Source: Tubulanus polymorphus (Eukaryota; Animalia; Nemertea). From it: a DNA stretch of 64,000 bases. The position numbers were made by a program, and so were the translations under genes. Shown here piece by piece: positions 36,501 through 51,500 of this stretch. The stretch is from assembly GCF_964204645.1 (NCBI RefSeq), contig NC_134036.1:3286001-3350000 (forward strand). Direction: 5' to 3'. The notes under the pieces are model-generated. The model was not told the DNA's origin. It saw only the letters and a list, made by a program, of their open reading frames with translations, and did no database searches. Within the stretch, counting starts at the first letter, position 1; each line of letters opens with the position of its first letter.

Positions 36501-39500
36501 TTAACTTGTTTCTGCTTTTAAGGATGACTGAAAACCCTGAAAAAGTAAAAACCTCGTCAAATAATACTATGATGGTTGATTGTAAGCTGATTGGTTACTG
36601 TGGTTACATTCTGAACTGCTGCATCATCGTCACTTCTTCACTTCTACTCGCGCTCTACACCATCTCGCGAATAACTCACCCCTCCTGACCGCACAAACAC
36701 GTGGCATGGACATGCTTCCTCTTCTGGAACGAGGTTAATTTTTAACTGCAAGAAAAAAACGTCCTCTTCCCTGTTGCTTTGTAAACAATATTAATAAAAC
36801 CTCTCTAGGTGACAGGTTTAACTTGTATCTGGTTTTAAGGATGACTGAAAACCTTGAAAAATTAAAAACCTCATCGCTTAATACTTTGATGTTAACTGGT
36901 TTCTAAGGATGTCCGTAAATCTTGGAAAGTAAAAAAACCTTGTCGGTTATTACTATGATTCGAATCTAAGAAGGTTAATGTCTTGGCTCCGGGATAAACC
37001 TATATGAAACTGACCCCTACAGGTGATTATCGATGATAATAATTTGTTGTAGAATTGAATATAAAACAGAAGAAAATTATAAATATTGATAAATACTTAA
37101 GGAATTCAAACAAGAATTCCCGCATAAACTCGATCGAAGTAGAGCCCTCTCTTATTGTATCCCTTAATACAATCGGGGAACAACTTCGAGTGCCCTGCGC
37201 CGTCGACTGGTAGCCCAGTGGGACTTCTCTCTTGTAATTGTACTGTCATCATCGCTCGAAGCGCTGAAAACATAGAAATCAATTGAAATTCATTATTAGT
37301 AATCAATATAAACAACTGGTGTAAATAAAACACTTGAAAATCAGATCAATTCAGGTATAACTTACGGACGCCAAACGTGGCGATCTGCACGTCGGCAGCG
37401 CCACATTCTTGGTTTTTTTTTTTTAGCTTTTGGCATCTAAAAAGTAAAAACCTCATCGCTTAATACTTTGATGTAAACCTGGTTCTGGCCCAGGTCTAAC
37501 CTGTATCTGGTTTCTAAGGATGTCCGTAAATCTTGAAAAGTAAAAAAACCTTGTTGGTTATTACTATGATTCAAATCTAAGAAGGTTACTGTCTTGGCTC
37601 CGGGATAAACCTATATGAAACTGACCCCTACAGGTGATTATCGATGATAATAATCGGTCGTAGAATAGAATATAAAACAGAAGAAAATTATAAATATTGA
37701 TTAATACTTACGGAATTCAAACAAGAATTCCCGCATAACCTCGACCGAAGTAGAGCCCTCTCTTATTGCATCCCGTAATCAATCTGGGAACAACTTGGAG
37801 TGACCGGTACCGTCGACTGGTACCCCAGGGGGGGCTTCCCTCTTGTAATTGTACTGTAAAATAGGAAGGACATTCAATAAGAATACGAATAGCAATTATT
37901 TCAATAATTTGTAAAAAATTTATTTACACTTCATAATCATCATCGCTTGTCGATTGTTCTGGAGAGCGCTGAAAACATAAAAATCAATTGAAATTCATTA
38001 TTAGTAATCAATATAAACAACTGGTGTAAATAAAACACTTGAAAATCAGATTAATTCAGGTAAAACTTACGGACGCCAAACGTGGCGATCTGCGCGTCGG
38101 CAGCGCCACATGCCTCGTTTTCTTTTTAGCTTTTGGCATCTAAAAGGAAAAAAAAAAGAAAAACTCCAGCCTGTTTACCATACTCGAATATGCTCCAGGT
38201 AAAACATCTATCTGGTTTAAAGGATTACCTTACACCTTCCTTGTGGAATCAATTGTAAGGAAAATCCAGACTACCCACATCCTCCTTCGAGATCTCACTT
38301 GAGATTGTTGTAAACAATATTGATAAAACCTCAATATTCAATGTTTTATTGTATTTGAATGTATTTATAAAAGCTGATTGGTTACTGTGGCTACAGTCTT
38401 ATCAAAGTTGAATAGACAAATAGAATACAATATGATACATTTTTATGATACTCTCTGCATTGATCGAAATGATGGAAAAAGATTCAATACAAGAATTCAA
38501 ATCTAAACTTGATCTATCATTAAGCCTTGAAAATCTAAAGTTCTATTCGAATCCACCAACAGATGGGCACATGTATGTGACCGGTGGACACTCGGCCATT
38601 GTTGACCATTGCCACGGCGTCAAACTCTGAACCAGCACCTGCGGTTGGGTGCGCCAACTTTGCATTGAGAGTGCTGGTACTGACTCGAGGTGATTGCGGA
38701 GGAAATGGTACATCTGGCCTCACGGGGTAGGAGGATAAAAAATATCCTCCATCGGTGGTAACTCAGGAGAGTCCGGACAACCCTCATCCTCGGGAATCTC
38801 GCCCTCCTGCCGCTGCTGCTCCAACTCCTCTCGCCTCCATCTGTCGAGCTCCGCAAGCTCTCGCCGCCGAATTTCAGCCTCCACTCTCGCACACTATATC
38901 TCCTGCTCCAGTATCCTGTTCGGTGCGTCCTGTTCATGGCGCGCCCTCTGCGGGGTCGAATACAGATCCACTTCGTTCTCGTTACTACTCGCGCTCTACA
39001 GCATCTCGCGGATTACCCGCCATTCCTCACCGCGCAAACACAACACACGGACCCGCTTCCTCTTCTGAAAAGAGGTAATCCTCATCTGCAAGAAAAAACT
39101 GACGTGAGATAAAGAGTAAAAAAGATTAGAAATAATATTACAAAATCATAATTATATATGAAATTGTTTAAAGCAGTTATCATTTAAAAGGGCTGATTCC
39201 TTTTCAAGGCCTTTCAATTAAGTGACTGCCTTATCTTAGGAACTTGCTTTTTGATCCGATTTAAATACATTGATAATTTAAATAGATAATTAATAGAATA
39301 CTTGAGATTTACTTAGACCTCGCATAAGTAAAAACCTTGTTGGTTAATACTATGTTTTGAATCTAAGAACATTAAAAAACCTGTCTCTGGCCCAGGTTTA
39401 ACTTGTTTCTGCTTTTAAGGATGACTGAAAACCCTGAAAAAGTAAAAACCTCGTCAAATAATACTATGATGGTTGATTGTAAGCTGATTGGTTACTGTGG

Positions 39501-42500
39501 CTACATTCTGAACTGCTGCATCATCGTCACTTCTCCTTCACTTCTACTCGCGCTCTACACTATCTCGCGAATAACTCACCCCTCCTGACCGCACAAACAC
39601 GTGGCATGGACATGCTTCCTCTTCTGGAACGAGGTTATTTTTTAACTGCAAGAAAAAAACGTCCTCTTCCCTGTTGCTTTGTAAACAATATTAATAAAAC
39701 CTCTCTAGGTGACAGGTTTAACTTGTATCTGGTTTTAAGGATTACTGAAAACCTTGAAAAAATAAAAACCTCATCGCTTAATACTTTGATGTTAAATCTG
39801 TGTCTGGCCCAGGTCTAACCTGTATCTGGTTTCTAAGGATGTCCGTAAATCTTGGAAAGTAAAAAAACCTTGTCGCTTATTACTATGATACGAATCTAAG
39901 AAGGTTAATGTCTTGGCTCCGGGATAAACCTATATGAAACTGACCCCTACAGGTGATTATCGATGATAATAATCGGTCGTAGAATATAATATAAAACAGA
40001 AGAAAATTATAAATATTGATAAATACTTATGGAATTCAAACAAGAATTCCCGCATAAACTCGATCGAAGTAGAGCCCTCTCTTATTGTATCCCTTAATAC
40101 AATCGGGGAACAACTTCGACTGCCCTGCGCCGTCGACTGGTAGCCCGGTGGGACTTCTCTCTTGTAATTGTACTGTCATCATCGCTCGAAGCGCTGCAAA
40201 TATAGAAATCAATTGAAATTCATTATTAGTAATCAATATAAACAACTGGTGTAAATAAAACACTTGAAAATCAGATCAATTCAGGTAAAACTTACAGACG
40301 CCAAACGTGGCGATCTGCGCGTCGGTGGCGCCACATTCTTTGTTTTTGTTTTTAGCTTTTGGCATCTAAAAAGAAAAAAAAAGAAAAACTCCAGCCTGTT
40401 TACCATATACTCGAATATACTCCAGGTAAAACATCTATCTGGTTTAAAGGATTACCTTACACCTTCCTTGTGGAATCAATTGTAAGGAAAATCCAGACTA
40501 CCCACATCCTCATTCGAGATCTCACTTGAGATTGTTGTAAACAATATTGGTAAAACCTCAATATTCAATGTTTTATTGTATTTGAATGTATTTATAAAAG
40601 CTGATTGGTTATTGTGGCTACAGTCTTATCAAAGTTGAAAAGACAAATAAAATACAATATTATACATTTTTATGATACTCTCTGCATTGTTCGAAATGAT
40701 GGAAAAAGATTCAATACAAGAATTCAAATCTTAACTTGATCTATCATTAAGCCTTGAAAATCTAAAGCTCTATTCGAATCCACCAACAGATGGGCACATG
40801 TATGTGACCGGTGGACAGTCGACCATTGTTGACCATTGCCACGGCTTCAAACTCTGAACCAGCACCTGCGGTTGGGTGCGCCAACTTTGCATTGAGAGTG
40901 CTGGTACTGACTCGAGGTGATTGCGGAGGAAATGGTACATCTGGCCTCACGGGGTAGGAGGATCAAAAATATCCTCCATCGGTGGTAACTCAGAGAGTCC
41001 GGACGACCCTCATCCTCAGGAATCTCGCCCTCCTGCCGCTGCCGCTCCAAATCCTCTCGCCTCCATCTGTCGAGCTCCGCAAGCTCCCGTCGCCGAATTT
41101 CGATCTCCACTCTTGCACGCTCTATCTCCTGCTCCAGTCTCCTCTTCGGTGCGTCCTGTTCATGGCGCGCCCTCTGCGGGGTCGAATACAGATCCACTTC
41201 GTTCTCGCTACTACTCGCGCTCTACAGCATCTCGCGGATTACCCGCCCTTCCTCACCATGCAAACGCAATACATGGACCCGCTTCCTCTTTTGGAAGGAA
41301 GTAATCCTCATCTGCAAGAAAAAAACAACGTCAGATAAAGAGTAAAAAAGATTAGAGATAACATTACAAAATCATAATTATATATGAACTGGTTTAAAGC
41401 AGTTATCATTTTAAAGGGGTGGTTCCTTTTCAAGTTCTTTCAATTTAGTGACTGTCCTATCTTGCTTTTTGATCCGATTTCATAAGAATTAATTCAGCCG
41501 TGAAACACTAGATATCAGACAATCCATTCAACAAAAAATGATTGTCCACGATTTTAGTGAATGTTTTGAGGGCTCCTGATTACAGAATAACTTTTTACAC
41601 CCTCTCAAGCAACAATTTACCAATTATTATTGCTAAAAGGTCGAGTGGTCACTTCGAGTGTTTTGGCGAGGCAATGACTAATATTTTTCGCAGCCTTTGC
41701 CTTTGAAGATATTCGGTAGATTTTAACGCTTACCTCGTGCATATCCCCTGGGAAGGTTCTCCCTTGCAGACGGACGGAGAACCTTGAAGCCGCCGGGTGC
41801 GGCTGCCTTGGTTCGCGCGGCTGTGCTGCTCCTGGTGCTGCTCCAGGTGGTGCTCCAGGTCGTCCTGGTGGTTGGGCCGAGGAGGCCGCCGAAAGAACTT
41901 AACAAGACAGACCACCTCGGCTGACGGACCACCCTCACAATTATCCAAAAATGGAGATACTGTAAAATAAAGAAACATCTAAAAATAACAAATGTTTCAT
42001 TAGATATATTGTCCCTTCTATTTGACTGTTGAATTTGATAGGGTGTCCCTTCCTTTACCCACCTGTAGCAAAACAGGGATTTGATTTTGAAATCATGAAG
42101 TACAGATATAATCTGATAAATATTCTAGTTTTTAACAGTAGTGGAAAAAACGTTTCAAGATCAGTGGTCAACTAATCCTTCAAAAATCTCATTGTGGAAT
42201 CAATTGTAGAATTTAGAATTAATCTCTTCATTTTAGTGACTGCCTTATGTTAGGAACTTGCGTTTTGATCCGATTTAAATACATTGGTAAGTTAAATAGA
42301 TAATTAATAGAATACTTGAGATTTACTTAGACCTTGCATAAGTAAAAACCTTGTTGGTTAATACTATGTTTTGAATCTAAGAACATTAAAAAACCTGTCT
42401 CTGGCCCAGGTTTAACTTGTTTCTGCTTTTAAGGATGACTGAAAACCTTGAAAAAGTAAAAACCTCGTCAAATAATACTATGATGGTTGATTGTAAGCTG

Positions 42501-45500
42501 ATTGGTTACTGTGGTTACATTCTGAACTGCTGCATCATCATCACTTCTTCACTTCTACTCGCGCTCTACACCATCTCGCGAATAACTCACCCCTCCTGAC
42601 CATGCAAACACGTGGCATGGACATGCTTCCTCTTCTGAAACGAGGTTATTTTTTAACTGCAAGAAAAAAACGTCCTCTTCCCTGTTGCTTTGTAAACAAT
42701 ATTGATAAAACCTCTCTAGGTGACCGGTTTAACTTGTATCTGGTTTTAAGGATGACTGAAAACCTTGAAAAATTAAAAACCTCATCGCTTAATACTTTGA
42801 TGTTAACTGGTTTCTAAGGATGTCCGTAAATCTTGGAAAGTAAAAAAACCTTGTCGCTTATTACTATGATACGAATCTAAGAAGGTTAATGTCTTGGCTC
42901 CGGGATAAACCTATATGAAACTGACCCCTACAGGTGATTATCGATGATAATAATCGGTCGTAGAATAGAATATAAAACAGAAGAAAATTATAAATATTGA
43001 TAAATACTTATGGAATTCAAACAAGAATTCCCGCATAACCTCGATCGAAGTAGAGCCCTCTCTTATTGTATCCCTTAATACAATCGGGGAACAACTTCGA
43101 GTGCCCTGCGCCGTCGACTGGTAGCCCAGTGGGACTTCTCTCTTGTAATTGTACTGTCATCATCGCTCGAAGCGCTGAAAATATAGAAATCAATTGAAAT
43201 TCATTATTAGTAATCAATATAAACAACTGGTGTAAATAAAACACTTGAAAATCAGATCAATTCAGGTATAACTTACGGACGCCAAACGTGGCGATCTGCG
43301 CGTCGGCAGCGCCACATTCTTGGTTTTTTTTTTTAGCTTTTGGCATCTAAAAAGTAAAAACCTCATCGCTTAATACTTTGATGTTAAACCTGGTTCTGGC
43401 CCAGGTCTAACCTGTATCTGGTTTCTAAGGATGTCCGTAAATCTTGAAAAGTAAAAAACCTTGTTGGTTATTACTATGATTCGAATCTAAGAAGGTTAAT
43501 GTCTTGGCTCCGGGATAAACCTATATGAAACTGACCCCTACAGGTGATTATCGATGATAATAATCGGTAGTAGAATAGAATATAAAACAGAAGAAAATTA
43601 TAAATATTGATAAATACTTACGGAATTCAAACCAGAATTCCCGCATAACCTCGACCGAAGTAGAGCCCTCTCTTATTGTATCCCGTAATCAATCTGGGAA
43701 CAACTTGGAGTGACCGGTACCCCAGGGGGGGCTTCCCTCTTGTAATTGTACTATAAAATAGGAAGGACATTCAATAAGAATACGAATAGCAATTATTTCA
43801 ATAATTTGTAAAAAATTTATTTACACTTCATAATCATCATCGCTTGTCGATTGTTCTGGAGAGCGCTGGAAACATAAAAATCAATTGAAATTCATTATTA
43901 GTAATCAATATAAACAACTGGTGTAAATAAAACACTTGAAAATCAGATCAATTCAGGTATAACTTACGGACGCCAAACGTGGCGATCTGCGCGTCGGCAG
44001 CGCCACATTCTTCGTTTTCTTTTTAGCTTTTGGCATCTAAAAAGAAAAAAAAAAGAAAAACTCCAGCCTGTTTACCATATACTCGAATATACTCCAGGTA
44101 AAACATCTATCTGGTTTAAAGGATAACCTTACACCTTCCTTGTGGAATCAATTGTAAGGAAAATCCAGACTACCCACATCCTCATTCGAGATCTCACTTG
44201 AGATTGTTGTAAACAATATTGATAAAACCTCAATATTCAATGTTTTATTGTATTTGAATGTATTTATAAAAGCTGATTGGTTACTGTGGCTACAGTCTTA
44301 TCAAAGTTGAATAGACAAATAAAATACAATATGATACATTTTTATGATACTCTCTGCATTGTTCGAAATGATGGAAAAACAACGTGAGATAAAGAGTAAA
44401 AAAGATTAGAAATAACATTACAAAATCATAATTATATATGAAATTGTTTAAAGCAGTTATCATTTAAAGGGGCTGATTCCTTTTCAAGGCCTTTCAATTT
44501 AGTGACTGCCTTATCTTAGGAACTTGCTTTTTGATCCGATTCAAATACATTGATAATTTAAATAGATAATTAATAGAATACTTGAGATTTACTTAGACCT
44601 TGCATAAGTAAAAACCTTGTTGGTTAATACTATGTTTTGAATCTAAGAAGTTTAATAAACCTGTCTCTGGCCCAGGTTTAACTTGTTTCTGCTTTTAAGG
44701 ATGACTGAAAACCTTGAAAAAGTAAAAACCTCGTCAAATAATACTGTGATGATTGATTGTAAGCTGATTGGTTACTGTGGTTACATTCTGAACTGTTGCA
44801 TCATCGTCACTTCTCCTTCCCTTCTACTCGCGCTCTACACTATCTCGCGAATAACTCACCCCTCCTGACCATGCAAACACGTGGCATGGACATGCTTCCT
44901 CTTCTGGAAGGAGGTTATTTTTAACTGCCAGAAAAAAACGTCCTCTTCCCTGTTGCTTTGTAAACAATATTGATAAAACCTCTCTAGGTGACCGGTTTAA
45001 CTTGTATCTGGTTTTAAGGATTACTGAAAACCTTGAAAAAGTAAAAACCTCATCGCTTAATACTTTGATGTTAAACCTGGTTCTGGCCCAGGTCTAACGT
45101 GTATCTGGTTTCTAAGGATGTCCGTAAATCTTGAAAAGTAAAAAAACCTTGTTGGTTATTACTATGATTCAAATCTAAGAAGGTTAATGTCTTGGCTCCG
45201 GGATAAACCTATATGAAACTGACCCCTACAGGTGATTATCGATGATAATAATCGGTCGTAGAATAGAATATAAAACAGAAGAAAATTATAGATATTGATA
45301 AATACTTACGGAATTCAAACAAGAATTCCCGCATAACCTCGACCGAAGTAGAGCCCTCTCTTATTGTATCCCATAATCAATCTGGGAACAACTTGGAGTG
45401 ACCGGCACCGTCGACTGGTACCCCAGGGGAGGCTTCCCTCTTGTAATTGTACTGTAAAATAGGAAGGACATTCAATAAGAATACGAATAGCAATTATTTC

Positions 45501-48500
45501 AATAATTTGTGAAAAATTTATTTACACTTAATAATCATCATCGCTTGTCGATTGTTCTGGAGAGCGCTGGAAACATAAAAATCAATTGAAATTCATTATT
45601 AGTAATCAATATAAACAACTGGTGTAAATAAAACACTTGAAAATCAGATTAATTCAGGTAAAACTTACGGACACCAAACATGGCGATCTGCGCGTCGGCA
45701 GCGCCACATTCTTCGTTTTTTTTTTAGCTTTTGGCATCTAAAAAGAAAAAAAAAGAAACTCCAGCCTGTTTACCATATACTCGAATATACTCCAGGTAAA
45801 ACATCTATCTGGTTTAAAGTATTACCTTACACCTTCCTAGTCGAATCAATTGTAAGGAAAATCCAGACTACCCACATCCTCCATCGAGATCTCACTTGAG
45901 ATTGATGTAAACAATATTGATAAAACCTCAATATTCAATGTTTTATTGTATTTGAATGTATTTATAAAAGCTGATTGGTTACCGTGGCTACAGTCTTATC
46001 AAAGTTGAATAGACAAATAAAATACAATATGATACATTTTTATGATACTCTCTGCATTGTTCGAAATGATGGAAAAAGATTCGATACAAGAATTCAAATC
46101 TTAACTTGATCTACAGTCAGCCTTGAAGATCTAAAGCTCTATTCAAATCCACCAACAAATGGGCACATGTATGTGACCGGTGGACAGTCGACCATTGTTG
46201 ACCATTGCCACGGCTTCAAACTCTGAACCAGCACCTGCGGTTGGGTGCGCCAACTTTGCATTGAGAGTGCTGGTACTGACTCGAGGTGATTGCGGAGGAA
46301 ATGGTACATCTGGCCTCACGGGGTAGGAGGATCAAAAATATCCTCCATCGGTGGTAACTCAGAGAGTCCGGACGACCCTCATCCTCAGGAATCTCGCCCT
46401 CCTGCCGCTGCCGCTCCACAAGCTCCCGTCGCCGAATTTCGATCTCCACTCTTGCACGCTCTATCTCCTGCTCCAGTATCCTGTTCGGTGCGTCCTGTTC
46501 ATGGCGCGCCCTCTGCGGGGTCGAATACAGATCCACTTCGTTCTCGTTACTACTCGCGCTCTACAGCATCTCGCGGATTACCCGCCCTTTCTCACCATGC
46601 AAACGCAATACATGGACCCGCTTCCTCTTTTGGAAGGAAGTAATCCTCATCTGCAAGAAAAAAACAACGTCAGATAAAGAGTAAAAAAGATTAGAGATAA
46701 CATAACAAAATCATAATTATATATGAACTGGTTTAAAGCAGTTATCATTTTAAAGGGGTGGTTCCTTTTCAAACTCTTTCAATTTAGTGACTGTCCTATC
46801 TTGCTTTTTGATCCGATTTCATAAGAATTAATTCAGCCGTGAAACACTAGATATCAGACAATCCATTCAACAAAAAATGATTGTCCACGATTTTAGTGAA
46901 TGTTTTGAGGGCTCCTGATTACAGAATAACTTTTTACACCCTCTCAAGCAACAATTTACCAATTATTATTGCTAAAAGGTCGAGTGGTCACTTCGAGTGT
47001 TTTGGCGAGGCAATGACTAATATTTTTCGCAGCCTTTGCCTTTGAAGATATTCGGTAGATTTTAACGCTTACCTCGTGCATATCCCCCGGAAAGGTTCTC
47101 CCTTGCAGACGGACGGAGAACCTTGAAGCCGCCGGGTGCGGCTGCCTTGGTTCTCGCGGCTGTGCTGCTCCTGGTGCTGCTCCAGTTGGTGCTCCAGGTC
47201 GTCCTGGTGGTTGGGCCGAGGAGGCCGCCGAAAGAGCTTAACAAGACAGACCACCTCGGCTGACGGACCACCCTCAGAATTATCCAAAAATGGAGATACT
47301 GTAAAATAAAGAAAAATAACATCTAAAAATAACAAATGTTTCATTAGATGTATTGTCCCTTCTATTTGACTGTTGAATTTGATAGGGTGTCCCTTTCTTT
47401 ACCCACGAAATCATGAAGTACAGATATAATCTGATAAATATTCTAGTTTTTAACAGTAGTGGAAAAAACGTTTCAAGATCAGTGGTCAACTAATCCTTCA
47501 AAAATCTCATTGTGGAATCAATTGTAGAATTTAGAATTAATCTCTTCATTTTAGTGACTGCCTTATGTTAGGAACTTGCGTTTTGATCCGATTTAAATAC
47601 ATTGATAAGTTAAATAGATAATTGATAAAATATTTGTGATTGTTGTAAACAATATTGATAAAACCTCTCTGGGTGAAGATTTTGTATCTAATACTCGGAA
47701 TAAAGAATTTCAGTTATCAGTTAGCAGTTATCATTTTAAAGGTGTGGTTCCTTTTCAAGTTCTTTCAATTTAGTGACTGTCCTATCTTAGGAACTTGCTT
47801 TTTGATCCGATTTAAATACATTGATAATTTAAATAGATAATTAATAGAATACTTGAGATTTACTTAGACCTCGCATAAGTAAAAACCTTGTTGGTTAACA
47901 CTATGTTTTGAATCTAAGAAGTTTAATAAACCTGTCTCTGGCCCAGGTTTAACTTGTTTCTGGTTTTAAGGATGACTGAAAACCTTGAGAAAAAGTAAAA
48001 ACCTTGTCAAATAATACTGTGATGATTGATTGTAAGCTGATTGGTTACAGTGGTTACATTCTGAACTGTTGCATCATCGTCACTTCTCCTTCACTTCTAT
48101 TCGCGCTCTACACCATCTCGCGAATAACTCACCCCTCCTGACCATGCAAACACGTGGCATGGACATGCTTCCTCTTCTGAAACGAGGTTATTTTTAACTG
48201 CCAGAAAAAAACGTCCTCTTCCCTGTTGCTTTGTTAACAATATTAATAAAACATCTCTAGGTGACAGGTTTAACTTGTATCTGGTTTTAAGGATGACTGA
48301 AAACCTTGAAAAATTAAAAACCTCATCGCTTAATACTTTGATGTTAACTGGTTTCTAAGGATGTCCGTAAATCTTGGAAAGTAAAAAAACCTTGTCGCTT
48401 ATTACTATGATACGAATCTAAGAAGGTTAATGTCTTGGCTCCGGGATAAACCTATATGAAACTGACCCCTACAGGTGATTATCGATGATAATAATCGGTC

Positions 48501-51500
48501 GTAGAATATAATATAAAACAGAAGAAAATTATAAATATTGATAAATACTTATGGAATTCAAACAAGAATTCCCGCATAAACTCGATCGAAGTAGAGCCCT
48601 CTCTTATTGTATCCCTTAATACAATCGGGGAACAACTTCGACTGCCCTGCGCCGTCGACTGGTAGCCCGGTGGGACTTCTCTCTTGTAATTGTACTGTCA
48701 TCATCGCTCGAAGCGCTGCAAATATAGAAATCAATTGAAATTCATTATTAGTAATCAATATAAACAACTGGTGTAAATAAAACACTTGAAAATCAGATCA
48801 ATTCAGGTAAAACTTACAGACGCCAAACGTGGCGATCTGCGCGTCGGTGGCGCCACATTCTTTGTTTTTGTTTTTAGCTTTTGGCATCTAAAAAGAAAAA
48901 AAAAGAAAAACTCCAGCCTGTTTACCATATACTCGAATATACTCCAGGTAAAACATCTATCTGGTTTAAAGGATTACCTTACACCTTCCTTGTGGAATCA
49001 ATTGTAAGGAAAATCCAGACTACCCACATCCTCATTCGAGATCTCACTTGAGATTGTTGTAAACAATATTGGTAAAACCTCAATATTCAATGTTTTATTG
49101 TATTTGAATGTATTTATAAAATCTGATTGGTTATTGTGGCTACAGTCTTATCAAAGTTGAATAGACAAATAAAATACAATATGATACATTTTTATGATAC
49201 TCTCTGCATTGTTTGAAATGATCAAAAAAGATTCAATACAAGAATTCAAATCTTTAGTGAATTTTTTTGAGGGCTCCTGATTACAGAATAACTTTTTACA
49301 CCCTCTCAAGCAACAATTTACCAATTATTATTGCTAAAAGATCGAGTGGTCACTTCGAGTGTTTTGGCGAGGCAATGACTAATATTTTTCGCAGCCTTTG
49401 CCTTTGAAGATATTCGGTAGATTTTAACGCTTACCTAGCGCATATCCCCCGGGAAGGTTCTCCCTTGCAGACGGACGAAGAACCTTGAAGCCGCCGGGTG
49501 CGGCTGCCGTGGTTCTCGTGGCTGTGCTGGCTGCTGTGCCGCTGCAGCTGCTGCTCCAGGTGGTACTCCAGGTGGTCCTGGTGGTTGGGCCGAGGAGGCC
49601 GCCGAAAGAGCTTAACGAGACAGACCACCTCGGCTGACGGACCACCCTCACAATTATGGAGATACTGTAAAATAAAGAAAAATAACATCTAAAAATAACA
49701 TGAAATTTTTTCCCAAAATCTTTCATTAGATATATTGTCCCTTCTATTTGACTGTTGAATTTGATAGGGTGTCCCTTCCTTTACCCACCTGTAGCAAAAC
49801 AGGGATTTGATTTTGAAATCATGAAGTACAGATATAATCTGATAAATATTCTAGTTTTTAACAGTAGTGGAAAAAACGTTTCAAGATCAGTGGTCAACTA
49901 ATCCTTCAAAAACCTCATTGTGGAATCAATTGTAGAATTTAGAATTAATCTCTTCATTTTAGTGACTGCCTTATGTTAGGAACTTGCGTTTTGATCCGAT
50001 TTAAAAACATTGATAAGTTAAATAGATAATTGATAAAATACTTGTGATTGTTGTAAACAATATTGATAAAACCTCTCTGGGTGAAGTTTTGTATCTAATA
50101 CTTGGAATAAAGAATTTCATCAGTCCGTATAAGAGTTAGATATATTTGTGTTCTGCTCTGCACCATCTCTCCTCCCGCTCCCTCGGTGTCTCCATTCATG
50201 ATTTAATTCTACTATGCGTCGTCTACCGCGTGGTCCTCATCGCTTAATACTTTGATGTTAAACCTGTGTCTGGCCCAAGTCTAACCTGTATCTGGTTTGT
50301 AAGGATGTCCGTAAATCTTGGAAAGTATAAAAACCTTGTTGGTTATTACTATGATTCAAATCTAAGAAGTTTAATGTCTTGGCTCCGGGATTAACTTATA
50401 TGAAACTGACCCCTACAGGTGATTATCACTGATAATAATCGGTCGTAGAAGAATTGAATATAAACCAGAAGAAAATTATAAATATTGATAAATACTTACG
50501 GAATTCAAACAAGAATTCCCGCATAAACTCGATCGAAGTAGAGCCCTCTCTTATTGTATCCCTTAATACAATCGGGGAACAACTTAGAGTGCCCTGCGCC
50601 GTCGACTGGTAGCCCAGTGGGACTTCTCTCTTGTAATTGTACTGTCATCATCGCTCGAAGCGCTGAAAATATAGAAATCAATTGAAATTCATTATTAGTA
50701 ATCAATATAAACAACTGGTGTAAATAAAACACTTGAAAATCAGATCAATTCAGGTAAAACTTACGGACACCAAACATGGCGATCTGCGCGTCGGTGGCGC
50801 CACATTCTTGGTTTTTTTTTTAGCTTTTGGCATCTAAAAAGAAAAAAAAAAGAAAAACTCCAGCCTGTTTACCATATACTCGAATATACTCCAGGTAAAA
50901 CATCTATCTGGTTTAAAGGATTACCTTACACCTTCCTTGTGGAATCAATTGTAAGGAAAATCCAGACTACCCACATCCTCCTTCGAGATCTCACTTGAGA
51001 TTGTTGTAAACAATATTGGTAAAACCTCAATATTCAATGTTTTATTGTATTTGAATGTATTTATAAAAGCTGATTGGTTATTGTGGCTACAGTCTTATCA
51101 AAGTTGAAAAGACAAATAAAATACAATATGATACATTTTTATGATACTCTCTGCATTGTTCGAAATGATGGAAAAAGATTCAATACAAGAATTCAAATCT
51201 TAACTTGATCTATCATTAAGCCTTGAAAATCTAAAGCTCTATTTGAATCCACCAACAGATGGGCACATGTATGTGACCGGTGGACAGTCGACCATTGTTG
51301 ACCATTGCCACGGCTTCAAACTCTGAACCAGCACCTGCGGTTGGGTGCGCCAACTTTGCATTGAGAGTGCTGGTACTGACTCGAGGTGATTGCGGAGGAA
51401 ATGGTACATCTGGCCTCACGGGGTAGGAGGATCAAAAATATCCTCCATCGGTGGTAACTCAGAGAGTCCGGACGACCCTCATCCTCCGGAATCTCGCCCT

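Larger units (their letters stand above)
11495..45420. repeat. Higher-order repeat, 11,286-bp period, about 3 near-identical copies, 6 monomers each
   Basis: ORFs recur at exactly +11,286 (12434/23720/35006; 14534/25820/37106; 22111/33397/44683). The left limit is a private 39-bp deletion at ~11494. The right limit is where the duplicated TAAAATAGGAAGGAC seen at ~11597, 22883 and 34169 is single (~45455). Confidence 0.96.

Noticed and set aside
11495-45420. HOR as a pure assembly artefact
   Set aside because: Copies differ at a few sites and grade into divergent flanks, which favours real duplication. Copy number still needs long-read confirmation, so this is not fully excluded.
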